Shown here: positions 24,880 to 38,491 of the stretch, piece after piece
Position numbering within the stretch: position 1 is the stretch's first letter
Layout: each line of letters opens with the position of its first letter
Assembly (NCBI GenBank): GCA_964658305.1
Contig: OZ210885.1
Location: 24,242,001-24,306,000, forward strand
Length of the DNA stretch: 64,000 nt
From: Leptogorgia sarmentosa
Lineage: Eukaryota
Direction: 5' to 3'
The notes under the pieces: model-generated
Seen by the model: only the letters and a program-made list of their open reading frames with translations
The model's database searches: none
Told to the model about the DNA's origin: nothing
Made by a program: the position numbers and the translations under genes

Positions 24880-26718
24880 ATTCGTGAAATGTCTTGTGTG
24901 TGCTGAATATGAAGGGAGGCAAAACGATTTTCTACCAACCATCAGGTGTATCTTGCGTACGGTGTTCGCTGTGACGGGAAAAAGAAAATGCAGGATGTTG
25001 TGGATCATTTACTCAGTGCCGCCCATGACGCTGCAATTAAGTTGAAAAATCTTTCCACTCAATGGGCTACAAAGGCTCCAAATCATCCCTGGTTACGTAC
25101 GCTAAAGAATCACGATTCAAGCGTCATCAGGACACACATATGGCTGTTGACATCTATAACGACAGCAAATTGCTGACATCTGCTGCCTGGTCCTGGGGTT
25201 CATGATCGTTGTCTCAACTGCATGCAGAAGAGCAATCTGTCAAGTATACGAATGATTCTCCTGAAGGTGGAATGCAATTTTCTGAGTTTCAACCACAAGC
25301 AATCCAATTGCATTACCAAGATCCTGTACATTATGCTGAAATGCTTCACATTCAAGGTGATCTTGAACGACAAAAGTTGAATGAGGAACTTCGAACATGC
25401 TTCGGTTTGCGGTTCAAATAGACGGATCCGTAGACACAAAACAGCAGGACAAGAAATTTGTTTGTTCGTTTGAATTCTGAAGAAAACCCACTTTCAATTC
25501 AAACATGTTTGGTAAGTGTTAAGCAAGTCGAGAAACGCAGTGCGCAGGGTTTGTTCGATGCTGTTGTTTCTTCATTGAAGGATGTTGGGCTCGATGATAT
25601 GGACATCAAAGCAAAATATTCCGGACTTGCCACAGATAGTGAATCCGCAAACACAGAATAGACACAAAATCGGGTCTATGGGTGCGAATGGATGAATATG
25701 TTGGGCATCCATCATTTAACCTATGGTGTGCTTGTCACAGGTCAGATTTGGCCATGGAAGATCTTGTTGCATCAGTTCCAGAGTTGACAATTTGGAAAGC
25801 TAATGTTGTCGCCGTTGCAACTTATTATCGTACATCTGGTCTGCGCACCAAAGAGCTAAAGACCTTGTTTCCGGGAATGAAATCATTTCCAGCACACCAC
25901 GAAGTAAGATTTGGACAACACCTTGTACAGTTGTGTGAGGCGGTCCTTTACAACCTTGACAGCTGTCGTCTCCACTGGCAGAAAGTTGTTGATTCCGATC
26001 CCCGGGACGACGGTTATGGTAAGAAAGAGAAGGAGAAAGCAAAAGGATTTCTCAAAACCTGGCTTCCTTCAGGCATTCAATTATGGCTTACTGCTCTTAT
26101 GGTCGATGTCTGCTCCATCTTCCAGTATATCGAGAAAGAGTGTCAAAAAGAACACATCCTCCCTGATGTTCTCAGATACAAAGACGTGGCAATGCAAAAA
26201 TTGGTTCTGATGAAGAATAAGCCATACTCAGGTAAGGTATACACAAACTTGCGTAAAAACGTTTGTTGGTGGCATATCAATCAATTCACTTTGATACCTT
26301 AGGCGGTCAAGAAGAACAACATCAGAAAAGAGTGTCTGGCAGGACTGATGCAGAAAGTGAGCAAAGGCGGACTACTCATTCGTTGGTGACCACGTTTCGC
26401 CATGGAAAAGAACCGATTAGAGTTGAAGTTATAGCATCCTCAGAAAATTTTCTCAATGTAAATATGTAAAGTTACAAATAACTGAAATTACAAATATGTA
26501 AAGCTATCAAAAGATTATAAAATGATATGCTTATTCATGTCTTTGTTTGCAACTCATTTTTTTAAACTATAGACTCAGCTAAATGACAAGCAAAATGAAG
26601 TTGTCAGGCAGATGAGAGAAATCATAACAGCCACGACGGCTATCAAGTTCATTAATGTATTATGTAACATAAAAGACCAAGACAAGTTCGTGAATGCAGT
26701 TCTTGAAAATTTCGACTC
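24880..26718 (+). pseudogene. hAT (ZNF862-like) transposase remnant
   Basis: IDGSVD (25418), LATDSESAN, WCACHRSDLA, EVRFGQH; broken by stops and by the Harbinger insertion. Confidence 0.7.
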
Positions 26719-29089
26719 AGACTACGTTAACACGAGACCGGACAAATTCGAGACTGTGCCCAAATTCGTTCAAATCGACCTTGCGTTCACACGGGGCCAT
26801 TGAAATCAGACGAATTCGAGCACCATTTGCCGGATGAATTCGCGACCATGAAGAGCTAGGTCTGCTTTTCAGCCAGTTGAGTTTTAAAGTTTGACAGGCT
26901 CGTGTGAACACCGAAACTGGTCCTTTTCAATGCCATTTTGAAATGAAAAGTAGTAATTTACATGAAGTATAGCAATTGAATGTAAACAACAACTGACATA
27001 TACACTTGACAGAGAAATGAAATAAAATATTTTTATAGAAATGAACGAGAAAAAGGTTTTGTTCTGTCACTGTTGTTCTGTCACTGTTGTCCTCGATAGC
27101 TGGGATCATACAAATTTCTGTTTTGCAGATGGCTATGATTTCCCAGTATCGAGGACAACGTAGACATCAACAACAATTTCGTTTAACATGTATGTCTGTG
27201 GCCCGAAAATGGTTGACGACATGCAAGAAAAAACGACGAAAACCAAGGAGATTAATGTGGATTAGACCTGGACAAACGTCAATATGGTGGGACAATTTTA
27301 TAAACAACGTAATGATTGATGAAGAGTGGCAAGAAAACTTCAGGCTATCGAAAGTAAACTTCTTCAAGTTGTGCAACGAACTTGAACCATATCTGCGCAA
27401 GAACAGTACGAATATGAGAAAAACCATTTCTGTTGAAAAGCAAGTTGCTGTTACTCTTTACTACTTAGCTGACGAAGGTAGATATCGTAAAGTTGCGAAC
27501 ACATTTGGTTTGGGAAAGAGTACGGTTTCTGGAATTGTTCAAAGGACTTGTGGTGTGATATCTGCTGTGCTTGTCCTAAATACATAACATTACCAAAAAC
27601 TAAGGAAGAAGTACAAGAAGCAGTAAATATGTTTTACGATAAGCATGGATTTCCTTAGTGCATTGGGGCCATCGATGGTACTCATATTTTCATCAAACAG
27701 CCGCACCAAAATCCAACTGATTACATCAATAGAAAGAATCGACACTCAATCAATGTCCAAGCTCTATGTGATTTTAAATATTGTTTCACAGACGTCGTGA
27801 TTAAGTGGCCAGGGAGCGTGCATGATACCAGAATATTTTACAATTCAGCATTGAAAGATATGTTACACAATGGAACAATCCCCCCATTCTACCAAATCGT
27901 AGTTACGTACTTCCGGTTAACATGAGATGCACACTGTGCGTTGCCGTGAATCAGTACCAGTTGTGAAGCCGTGGTGTCAGGACGTGTTCGCTTTGTAAAA
28001 AGAAAATTTGAGGTACGTGGTTTTCGAAATTCTTGCAACGTTTACCGATTATGATCCTTCGCTTTATATCCCTTTAGATCAGGCAAGCAACAACCATTCA
28101 TATTACCAACGCTGACTGTGAACAAAATTTATCGTTCATAGCCGCCTGAGGCCATGTGGGAAAGAAAGTTAGAGTTTCCCATGTCAGCTCGCTCTAACGG
28201 GAAAGAAAGTTTTAGTTTCCCGTTGCAAAATCTGTAAGGGAAAGAAAGTTATAGTTTCCCGGCGGTTATTTGCCAGATTTGAGGCCATATTTGCGCTTGA
28301 AGGGAAGAAAGTTATAGTTCCCTTGCAAATGCGCACCAATCAAGTGTGATGAATACCCCATACTATACATGGTGAATATTCACTCATTGCAGCAGTGAAT
28401 ATGACGGTCCGACAAATATCGGACAATCTGTTGATTTGACCACAGATAGTACAACTAATTTGAGAGAATCGATGGCTGCAATGATGCCTGACATGATGTT
28501 GATCATGAAAGACGACATATATGCTCCGACAGTTGGAGGAGTACTTTGCTGCTCCCGAGCCGAGGCACACAGTGGCGATGTTGAGGATCTCAGCCGACGT
28601 GAGTTACTGCGGCCAAGTCTTAATGCTAAATATACCACCCTCTGTAATCCATCAACACCCATAACCTCTGAAAGCAATAAGCTTTCCAATTCGCGCAGAG
28701 GCGGGGGGCAACGATATCACCCATATGCAGGCTCACCATCGCCAAGCTACAGCAGTACTGGGCCCATGAGGGGTCATGACAACAGAGCTTCTGTTCCTAG
28801 CTAGAAGTTTTTCCTCTTTAAGGCTCCTATCGACGAGAGGTCCGAAGTATGAGGTTTATCAATTTACATTTAGCTCCGCGGCTCAGAGTGGTCGTGGAGT
28901 TATACGTCCCCTCAGCAACCAATTGACCTCTTAACCGAATGGGAGCCAAAATGGGTGCCACATAGACGAAAGCCTTTCGAAACTAATCAACTAGGTCAGT
29001 TACATACAGGGAACAAATAGATAAATTAGTTAATAACCAACCACCGTTTGTTGGGGGGCAGTTGAAATTTCACGTATAAAGCCATGACA

Positions 29090-30640
29090 GGACATTACAT
29101 CCGATCCCTTTGTTTTGAATTGTGTTAGCAATTGTGCAATTGAATTTGATTTTGAACCTATGCCAGCAAGACAAATGTCCAATCCAGAAGATAAATTTTC
29201 ATCCGCTGAGCAACAGGCCAGTTATAGCAAAATTGGGGAATTTTTAAACGAAGTATTGAGCAGTCACATTCTGAATATGGGGAAATTATCTCTCCAATCC
29301 TTTTGTGGCCCAAAAAAGGAAACTGGTTAAGTTTGAGTAATATTTAACCTCAAGCACCTCAATTAAGCTGTGACCTATCGTAAATTTAAAATGGACACAC
29401 TGGAATCAGCAATTAAATTAATGAAACCGGGCTGTTTCATGACGTCTAGACCTGTGTGATGCCTACTATAGCGTTCCTATCACGCCAGAACACAGAAAAT
29501 ATCTTAAATTTATGTTTAAATAGGATTTCTACTCTATTCTCGTACCATGACAGTTACACTATAACCAGCAAGAAAGTAACAAAAATAGTTGCTGCATGTG
29601 AACATTTACTAAAATAGACGTCGATTGCTATCCGAGAACTGGCATCATTAATTGGAACTTTAGTTTCCACGTTTCCAGGGGTGGAGTTGGGGCCCCTACA
29701 TTATCGCAAATTAGAGCATGAAAAGGTCCAATGGTAATTTCGATTCTGAAATGAGTTTGTCTCCACCCAGTATTGATGATTTGAAATGGTGGGTCTCTTT
29801 CCTTCCGAACGCGTATAGGACAATCGATCATGGTACCCCACATATCACTATGACAACAGGTGCTTCCTAGGTAGGCTGGGGAGGCCACAGTAGAGGGAAA
29901 CCACACACAGGGACTATGGGACTCCCATGAAACACCATTGCATATCAGTATTTTGGAACTCTTCGCTATCCAGTTTGGGTTATTGGCTCTTATAAGTTTC
30001 ATGACCAGCACATCAGGATTTATGTCCGACAATACGACAGCAGTCTCCTGTATAAATTCGCTGGGCGGATGTCAGTCTCGAGACTGTGATAATATAGCTA
30101 GAGACATATGGTCATGGGCTATTGCTCTGAATACTTGGCTCTTACACCCCAGGGAAACATAATATTGCAGACAAACTGTCTCGGGAGTTTAACAGAACAT
30201 TGGAATGAAAATTAAACCCTGCACTAATTGAAAACATGTCGCATTTCAGTAAACCCAGTATTGGTCTTTTTGCCAGCAGGATCAATCACCAACTTGATAC
30301 TTACGTTTCATGGAAGCCAGACCCAGGGACGTCATTTGTTGATGCATTCACCATCAACTGGGCCCGGTTAACTAACAGTTTTGCTTTTCTGCTATTTTGT
30401 TTGATTACTCGATACCTTCAGAAAGTGGTTCAAGAGCAGGCGACCATGCTTATTGTCGTATCAATGTGAACCACACACGTATGGTTTACTCGTCTTCTAA
30501 GTTTGCTGATAGACCACCCCAAAGTTTCAAGGTCACCAAGGATGTTCTATCCAATCCTTTTCTGGGCAATCATCATCATTAGCGCCACAACTTGGTATTA
30601 ATGGCATGCAGAATATCCAGCATATTCCTTCCTTAACCTC
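29090..30640 (+). pseudogene. DIRS pol remnant: RT, RNase H and Dam-like methyltransferase domain
   Basis: KFKMDTL..AIKL, DAYYSVPI..EHRKYLKF; HISILELFA, SDNTTAVSCIN; LFASRINHQL..YVSWKPDP...DAF. Confidence 0.85.
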
Positions 30641-30659
30641 AAGATTTCTCCGGAAGTTA

Positions 30660-31560
30660 CCGACGTCATTATGTGCTCCTGGAAATCCAGCACTCAGAAA
30701 CAATATACAACTTACCTTACAAAATGGGCCGAGTATTGTATAAAACGAAAACTTGATTCAACGTGACCTACTGTGAATAATGTTCTTAACATTCTTCATA
30801 CCTTGTACGCAGAACAAGACTTGTCTTATTCAACTAGTAATGCGGCTCGTTCAGCTTCATCTGCTTGTTTACTGGATACCACTTTTAGCGATACCAATTA
30901 TACTATAACGAATCATCCGTTGCTGATTCGGTACATGAAGGGTGTTTTCAACTCTTGGAAACCAACACCCAAGTACTATGAAACTTGCAACGTAAATACA
31001 GTATTAAATTATTTGGCAAAATTGTTCCCGCTGGATACCTTGTCCTTAAAGGATCACTCCTTTAAACTTGTTATGCTGTTAGCCCTAACTTCGGGTCAAT
31101 GGTGCCAGACGTTGACACACATATCTTATCACACCGATTATTATGTATACCAAATTTACTCAACACATAGAACAGAACCGACCGGGAAATGTATCTTCTA
31201 CTTTTCATATTGGCAAATATCATCAGGAGGAGTTATGCGTCTATCACACCTGGAAGTCCTATTTGTACCGACCAGCGCCATTAAGAGGTAGCACATCAAC
31301 TAGACTGCTTATTTCATATGCGAGGCCTCATGGTACGGTTACTATACCAATATACTGAGTAGATGGATCACACAAGTACTTATTTCCAGTGGCATCGATA
31401 CTTTTATATTCAAGGCCCAAAGTATGCGGTCAGCGAGTGTAACCAAAGTTAGTAAGTTCATACCATTAGATCGTCACATCTACAGTACATGTGATACTCA
31501 AACATGTGGGATGGTCGTTGGACTGTGTGTTCCAGCAGTTCTATAACAAGCCTATTGTGG
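30660..31560 (+). pseudogene. DIRS tyrosine recombinase remnant
   Basis: HPLLIRYMKGVFN, KLVMLLALTSGQ(R)CQTL, FKAQSMRSAS (HSxR box). Confidence 0.85.
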
Positions 31561-32157
31561 ACGGAAGTGTATTTCAGAAGGCTGTGTTACAATCAATGTG
31601 TTTGCATTATGTGTCGTTTGTTGTTGGTTGTGTCCACCATTGCTTTGAAATCTCATGTTAACCGGAAGTACGTAACTACGATTTGGTAGAATTAAAAATT
31701 AAACAAGACTTACCTGTAAGTTGAAGTTTGATGATGATTCTACCAAATTCGTAGTTCTACTGAGGGTTAACATGCCCGTCCCTGGGCCCTCCCCACTTAA
31801 ATGCGTGTCTGTTATGGTGTCCACAACCTCGTTCAAAGTCTGATTCACGGCAACGCACAGTGTGCATCTCATGTTAACCCTCAGTACAACTACGGATTTG
31901 GTAGAATCATCATCAAACTTCAACTTACAGGTAAGTCTCGTTTAATTTTTAATTATATCACACCCTTGTGCCTGATACCATACAAGTACTTGTTTGTATT
32001 TTGGGTGACCCAGCATATCCTCTGTTACCTCACCTTATGAAGGAATTTCCTGGTGGCGGAAAGAATGTAAAAGAACAATTAGGCTATCGACTAAGTTCTG
32101 CTAGGATGGTCATAGAATGTGCCTTTGGAAGACTGAAAGGCAGATTTGGTGCCCATA

Positions 32158-34601
32158 GTTGACCATCGGGGGGGATGGTTGGGAGAGTGCTGGTTTGGTG
32201 GGATAAAGATTGCGTGGCCATGATTGAATAGTTTAGCCATGAACGCGATGTAGTCTTTCTTCATTTCTGGTTTCTTCTTGAATGTGCGATGCAAGGCGTT
32301 CAGTCGATTGAGTGCCTGTGTTCGATTATTGGGCAAGTTCGGGTTGCAGGATCGAAATGGTAGTGGCATTTCCCAGTTGCCTTGCTTGTTCTTGTGGATA
32401 CTTCTTTCCATGGTCTCTAGGAAACGACGATCTTCTCGTGACATTCCGATATCGGTATCGTTGGCCGTTGTTTGGTAAAGGTCAGCATCGGTGGTTGTCA
32501 GGTTCCCTTTGCTTCCATGGAGGAATCTTTCTTTGATCTCAAATTGGTTTGGGCATTGTGCAACTTCGCCTGCGAAGTTGTGACGTGCACAATTGTGCAA
32601 TTTCGCCTACGTTGTGACGTGCACGGCTCCACCCACTCTGTCCAGTCAGACCTGTCCAGATATTGTCCAACCTAGACCAAGCTTCTGGGCCCATGGAGCT
32701 CCGTTGGGTCCGTTTATTGAGGCTCTGACCTTCATTAACTCCGGCGCATCCCGACCAATTAGGATTTGAATTTTCGCGTCGGTATCTAATGGTGGGATTT
32801 CGCTGGCAATTCGTTCGAGGTGGGAAAATCAGTTGGCTATTTTGGGTGTGGGAATTTGCAACTTGTCTTGGGGAATATGATCACATTCGACCAATGTAGG
32901 CAACTCTGATAGCTTTCCATCAAGTGATCTTGTTAAAAGGCCGGTAATTCGGCGACCATATCTCACTTCCCTTTCAACGCTGCAGGTTGTCAGTAGATAT
33001 TTTTCTTCTGGTCCACTGAAATCTAATTTTTTGATTAGGTCGGGGCTGATCATTGATCATTTTGATTAGGTCGGGGTTGCTCGGTTTTGATGTGTGCCTG
33101 CTCTGGGACTTGTGATTGTTTGGGTGTGTTTGTGCAAGTTCTAGCTGTTCAAAGCGTTGTTCTTGTGATTGGTTGAGGGTATTGATCCATGTTTCTGTGC
33201 GCAGTTTGCTGTCAAAGGACTCACTTATATCGTCTAGTAATAAGGCGAGTCGTTCTTCTTGGATTGCTTGCTCTATAGCGTTGAGCTTTGCGTCTGCCAC
33301 TGCTTTCTCCTTGTTAGCCGTTAGTATCGCTATTTCCAGGTCATGTTGTGCTTGCAGTTGTTCGCGATGTTGCAGTTCTTCTGCCTCTATTTGCCGTTTT
33401 TCGTGTTGTTTCGGGGCCATAAGAATGCCGTATTGGGCTCGTTCCATCGCGGTTCTCCTCGCCGTACTCAAAGATGAAGAGCATCTTGAGGATGATGTTC
33501 AATGCGATTGTCTTGTTTTTTTGTGATCCATTTTCGGAGTAGCTGTCTTGTCTCTCGGTTGCTTCGCTGATAAGCGCATATATTTTCTCAAATCTTCCTT
33601 TGCTATCTTCCCTGGTTAGACTGGCTTCGTTTTCAAACTCACCCCATCTACGTTGTTGGTAGAGTGTTTCAAGCTCGTCGATCCACTGCTTATAATCTTT
33701 AGCCGAAATACGTAGGGCTGGTAGTACTTCGTTTACACGAGTGTTGTCTGTAAGACTCTTGGATAGTTCGTCATATTTTCGCATGAGTGACTTCGTTTTA
33801 CGCTCGAGCTCTGAACATTTTTCTAACACTAAGTTTTGAAATGCTTTTCTCGTGAGTGACCGCTGTCTCTTGTCGTTGTCCGATACTTCGTGCGCTACCG
33901 ATCGAATTGTATTTGTATTTCCATTTTCGGGATTTTCTGCCTTTTCGGCGTTTATCTTTATATTCTGCAGCATCGAATTTGCTTCTGAAGCGTTTGAATC
34001 TTGTAGGCACGTTTCCAAGGTCTCAGTAGTGTTTGTACGTCTCATTTTACCGCAAGACTATATATCCTCTGTCGAATAATATCGCGGAAATGTAAGATTT
34101 TCACTGTCGCGTTCCCAAGCTGATGTTTTTCATAATTTAGGGGAATATTATTAGCCGGCGTGGAGTTCGCTAGTGTTCAACCATATTCAGGAAATAACTG
34201 AATGAATGCGAGACATAGTTGGGTTTTTACACTCTTTTCTTTAATCCATGAATACGGTGAAACTAAATTACACCAACAAGTAAAGAATCTAAATTAATAA
34301 CAACTAGTTGAAGCTATAACGATAATTGCATGTTTACTAAACAAAGGTACTAAACGATACTCTGTTCGATTGTGTTTGAGCTATAAGACTAGTATAATTT
34401 ATTAAGAAACTTACATCTATAACACCACAAATCTTCGACTGTAAACGGCAATATGTGGTTGAGTACTTGAATATAAACTTGTATCTATCGCACATGCTCT
34501 GACCCGCACAGTGTCAGCTTGCCGACCGGAAATATGGCATTATGACGTAACTCAAACAAACGTAACAGTAACTTTTAATGTAAACATACACCACCGTCAC
34601 A
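32158..34601 (-). mobile_element. BEL/Pao LTR retrotransposon, 5' half with LTR
   Basis: MSREDRRFL...GNWEMPLPFR and protease-region fragments typical of BEL; coiled-coil gag fragments; LTR TG...CA at 34601-34105 followed by GTGAAAA. Confidence 0.8.
34105..34601 (-). repeat. 5' LTR of the BEL element (~497 bp)
   Basis: Minus strand starts TGTGACGG and ends GCGACA; ATTAAA signal inside; single copy, so the outer boundary is inferred. Confidence 0.55.
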
Positions 34602-34810
34602 GTAATAAACACAGTATAATAACAACACAAGATGACAAATACAGTTCATGCTAGACTGGTTGTGCCTCCTAGATTTTAATGAAAACGTGAATAGTTCTAC
34701 TCAAAAACATACCTGTATTCTCGTCGAACTAATTTATATTTATAGCAACCTTGATATCCGTATTATAATTTGGTTTTCTTTTGTTCATTTCGGCATTTAT
34801 ATCTATTATT

Positions 34811-37800
34811 TCATAACTTCCGGTCCAAGCACACTATTGCTAAAATCAAGAAGTGGAGCAGTCGCATTCTCTTACTAAGTCTGAGAGTTTTTCCAGAAAA
34901 ACAGCCTTTTGTCGCATGCTTTAAAGCAGATTTCAAAATGTTCTTTAGCATTGGGATATTGAACAAGTTTAATTTTCCTTCTTGATAGTATTCACAAATG
35001 TCGAAATTTTCAAAAACTATTGGGTACTTTAACCCAATTTCTTCTCTCAAATTTGTCAATACCTCATCCCGCCTTATCTCGTCTTCAAGATTAGCAGCAT
35101 CTTCTTCGAGTTCAGTCTCATTCTCCTCACAGGCACTGGACAGCTGTTGCACCCTTCCTCTTTTTCGAACTGCGGCCAAACGAGAAAAGTAGCTCTTGAT
35201 TTGGGCCTTCGTTAGCCAATCTTCACGAGTTAAAATCTGTTGGCCAGTCTCATCTCTTGCCATTCTCATATCCACTGATACTTGCATTGGATCAGCCTTC
35301 CTACCTGTAGCTTTACTCAAGTCAAATTTTGCAATCAGGTATTCCTTATCAGCTTCTGAAAACCTTCCTCTGGATGTTCTCTTCTGGAGGGCCCAACCCA
35401 TGGGAAGTGTTTTGCTGTCCTGGCTACCTTCACTAAGAGTTGACTGCGCTGTAATTACTGTCAATTGTTGCAAACCGCCCGACCCAATCCCGACGCAATT
35501 TGTCGAAAAAACCTTCGCTGGTCGTGTTTGGTTTAGAATGACGATCAACGGCAACGTGCATCTCCAATTCATCAAGCAATTTTGTTAGGCGGAGAGATAT
35601 GAGTTGTTTTCTTCATCTTTTTCAGGTGCGATGATTTTATCGGAAAGAAACTTTCTGTTGTTGTCATATTTGTCGGACCCCGATTCTCATTGAAAATGTT
35701 GGAGTAGGGAATAAATTTTCCAGTTCCGATATTATATGATTTCCAAACTCGTAATCTGTCCTTGTTCGTATGAAAAGTTATTGAAATGACTAAAGTTAGA
35801 AAGTTTATTCACTTCCAGAGTACACTTTGTTGTATTGAGCGTACAAACAGCTGCTGTAGTTGCGCGTACTGGTCTTTCCATCATTGCCTTCCTCATATCC
35901 ATCGCTGTCAATGTCAATGTCATGTCCTTCATTACAGTACATGCGAATTGAGTTCTTCATGGGGCAGATAATTATATCACAAAGGTCTTTGCCATGTTGT
36001 GGCTCGGAGAAATCATATTTTTTTATTGTTATTCCAACTCTGCATCCAATATCACGGATACCAGTGACGAGAAAGTTATTGCGATAACAACCCGCTTGAT
36101 GTGAGCATAGAGAAACGACTGGAAAGGCAAGCAAATGTTCTAATGTTGCTGACGCCACATTCGTGATATGGCCTGATACGCCTTACTTTGGAACCCTATA
36201 ACTTCACTTCAAAAACATTTCAGCACTTTGTATTTATATATTTTGATCAAGAACGGCAATGTCAATGCACATATCAATTTTTAAAACTCGTTTGGGATAT
36301 AACAAAGCTAATAACCGACACTTAATTCTAGTGTTTTTTTCAATTACCGAAATATCGCCATTATGTCATTAAAAAAGTGTTATGTAAAACATTCAGCGCT
36401 GATTTTTTGTCTCGTTTACTACCGAAATAGCTTCAAAAGTCGATAGATGCACACTCATTTCTGTTCTGGTTAAAACTATGTCAATACGAAATCCTGGAAT
36501 GGATTTAATGTTAAGTTACAGGGTTCCAAATAAAGCGTATCACGAATGTTCGGCAGTTTTAGCATGCGTTTCCACTCCATTCCTTTGATGGTCTATGGTC
36601 TGAGCAAAGATATGCTTTTGTTATATGAGGCTTCTCTCTGTATTTCGTTCAGCAGATTCTCTAGAATAGATAACACTGTGTACCAATTGTTACGCCACAG
36701 CTTTCTAACTGCTCTGACTCTGCAAGCTCACCAACACAGTTCCTGTTGCACACACACACCTTTTAATCATCATTCAAGCTTATATACACGAGTATTTACA
36801 TAATTACATAATTGCTAACTATGGATGAACGCATTTACAACACAATCTTGGGCACACGAAACAAATAAATGAGCATAAGAGACGACATCAAATCTTCCCG
36901 AATCTTGTTTAAAAATACAGCTGCTAATATGCCAGTTGAACCCCCCCCCCCTTGCCAAACCAATCAGTTTGCTTCTCGCGATATTTTATTGTAAGAATTT
37001 CATAGCCCAGTCACAAACAATAAAAACGGAGTTATTATCCAGTTCATCAACCACATTGTGCTTTGCTTTATCTTGGTTTTGAGACCGCAATATGTGGGCT
37101 TTCCATTGTTCTACTTGTGCGCGAGCATTGGAATAGTCGTAGAGTAAGTCCTCCTGCTGCTCTTTGCTATACATATTTGTAGATAGGCTTTTTATAACTT
37201 TGTTAATATTGTCCAATGTTTCTTTAAGGTTTTTGCAACTCGTACATGAACTGCAATGGGAATGTGAACAATTTTCCTGGAAATCAATATCTAATGGATC
37301 ACTTAGCGCGAACATACGACAATGATCAGCACATGTACTATCCGCTTCTTGGCAATGTGTCACGTAACTTGTCTTAAAATAACGTTTGGCTTCTCTAAGA
37401 GATTTCTTTGTTGCATCAGCCCATTCTTTAGCCACTCCAAAATTTTCTAGTTCTTGGATGATATTCTCTAGGCTTTCATAAGGTGCTGCCCCATCTGAAG
37501 CGATGTTGTCAAGCCCTTGCAATGACTTTCTTTGTGAGGCTTCTCTTACATCCAGAATTCTGTATAGGGTTGATCTACTGAGAGGCTCGAAATTTTGCTC
37601 CTTGCAGAGCTCCAAGTACTGAAAGATCATTGTCGATCTCGTTACTGTGCGGACAATGTTTGGCATGGTTAGTTGCTCTCCGGAGTCAAGTTTGAGTTTT
37701 CGCGTACCAAAGGAAACATCTTGATAAAAGTATGGTCAGTTGATAAAGTTGATAAAATGGTCCGATTTTTCTGTATTGATGTGAACTCTATGGTGCTTTA

Positions 37801-38280
37801 GTTTTTCTACAGGAATACCTGGACCAACTTTTTTTGCATGTGCGTGTGCTTGTTTGATTTTCCATTTTGTCAGACGTTCATACTGCTCATGAAGTTGCAT
37901 CAGTTTCTTTGCTGTGTAGCTATAAGCGTACAAGCTTAGTATCTGCAATTTCAGCTTCCTTGATGCTGCTTCTCTATAAGATGTCATCATAACAACAAGT
38001 TCGCCACCTATTGGTTCCTCTCGTGTTGGTTAATGGCTTCAAAAAGTTCTTCGGCTGCATCTTGGGCAATTACTTCACAAACAACTTGACATGCCTCAGC
38101 TGCCCTTTTTACGCACATTTCCTTGACATCTGGCTTAATTTGTTCCCAGTTGCAACATACTCTTTGCTCAACAGGGGAAAAGCTCACAACAGATGTTTTA
38201 CCGGCTATTTTTGACAGAAATTCATTATAATTCTTCAAAACTTCCTCATCATCACTGTCAAGGCACCCGATCCGAACGTT
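34811..38280 (-). pseudogene. Sola3-like DDE transposase, fragmented (family assignment tentative)
   Basis: LQGLDNIASDG, DWAMKFLQ, AGCY, YDFSEPQHGKDLCD, GWALQK, GRKADP. Confidence 0.65.
36157..36549. mobile_element. MITE with ~35-45-bp imperfect TIRs, inside the Sola3-like gene
   Basis: ACATTCGTGATA...TTGGAACCCTATAACTT vs AAGTTACAGGGTTCCAA...TATCACGAATGT; TSD unclear. Confidence 0.7.
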
Positions 38281-38491
38281 GTACCTAATAAACTAATAGA
38301 TATTATATGCACATTGTGTCCAATAAGTTATTGGGAATTGTTAACTGTACAGGGGGGGGGGATACGTTCATGCTCTCGCTGCGGTATCTTCAAATAAGCA
38401 AGATGGCGGATGACTGAGTGCATAAAATACAATGTATTTTCAGAAAGGAAAGAAGAAAGCTAACTCCACCTTTGACGTTCTTGATGTGAGG

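Larger units (their letters stand above)
27886..31953 (+). mobile_element. DIRS1-like tyrosine-recombinase retrotransposon, degenerate
   Basis: Left terminus (TTCTACCAAATCGTAGTTACG...) inverted at ~31840-31910; internal complementary region ~31649-31765 pairs with both ends; no classical TSD. Confidence 0.92.
26719..32153 (+). mobile_element. PIF/Harbinger transposon, interrupted by DIRS and 3'-truncated
   Basis: Terminus AGACTACGTTAACACG; transposase motifs [22 protein letters not shown] (27130-27885), continuing GDPAYPL and IECAFGRLKGRF (31955-32153). Confidence 0.9.
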
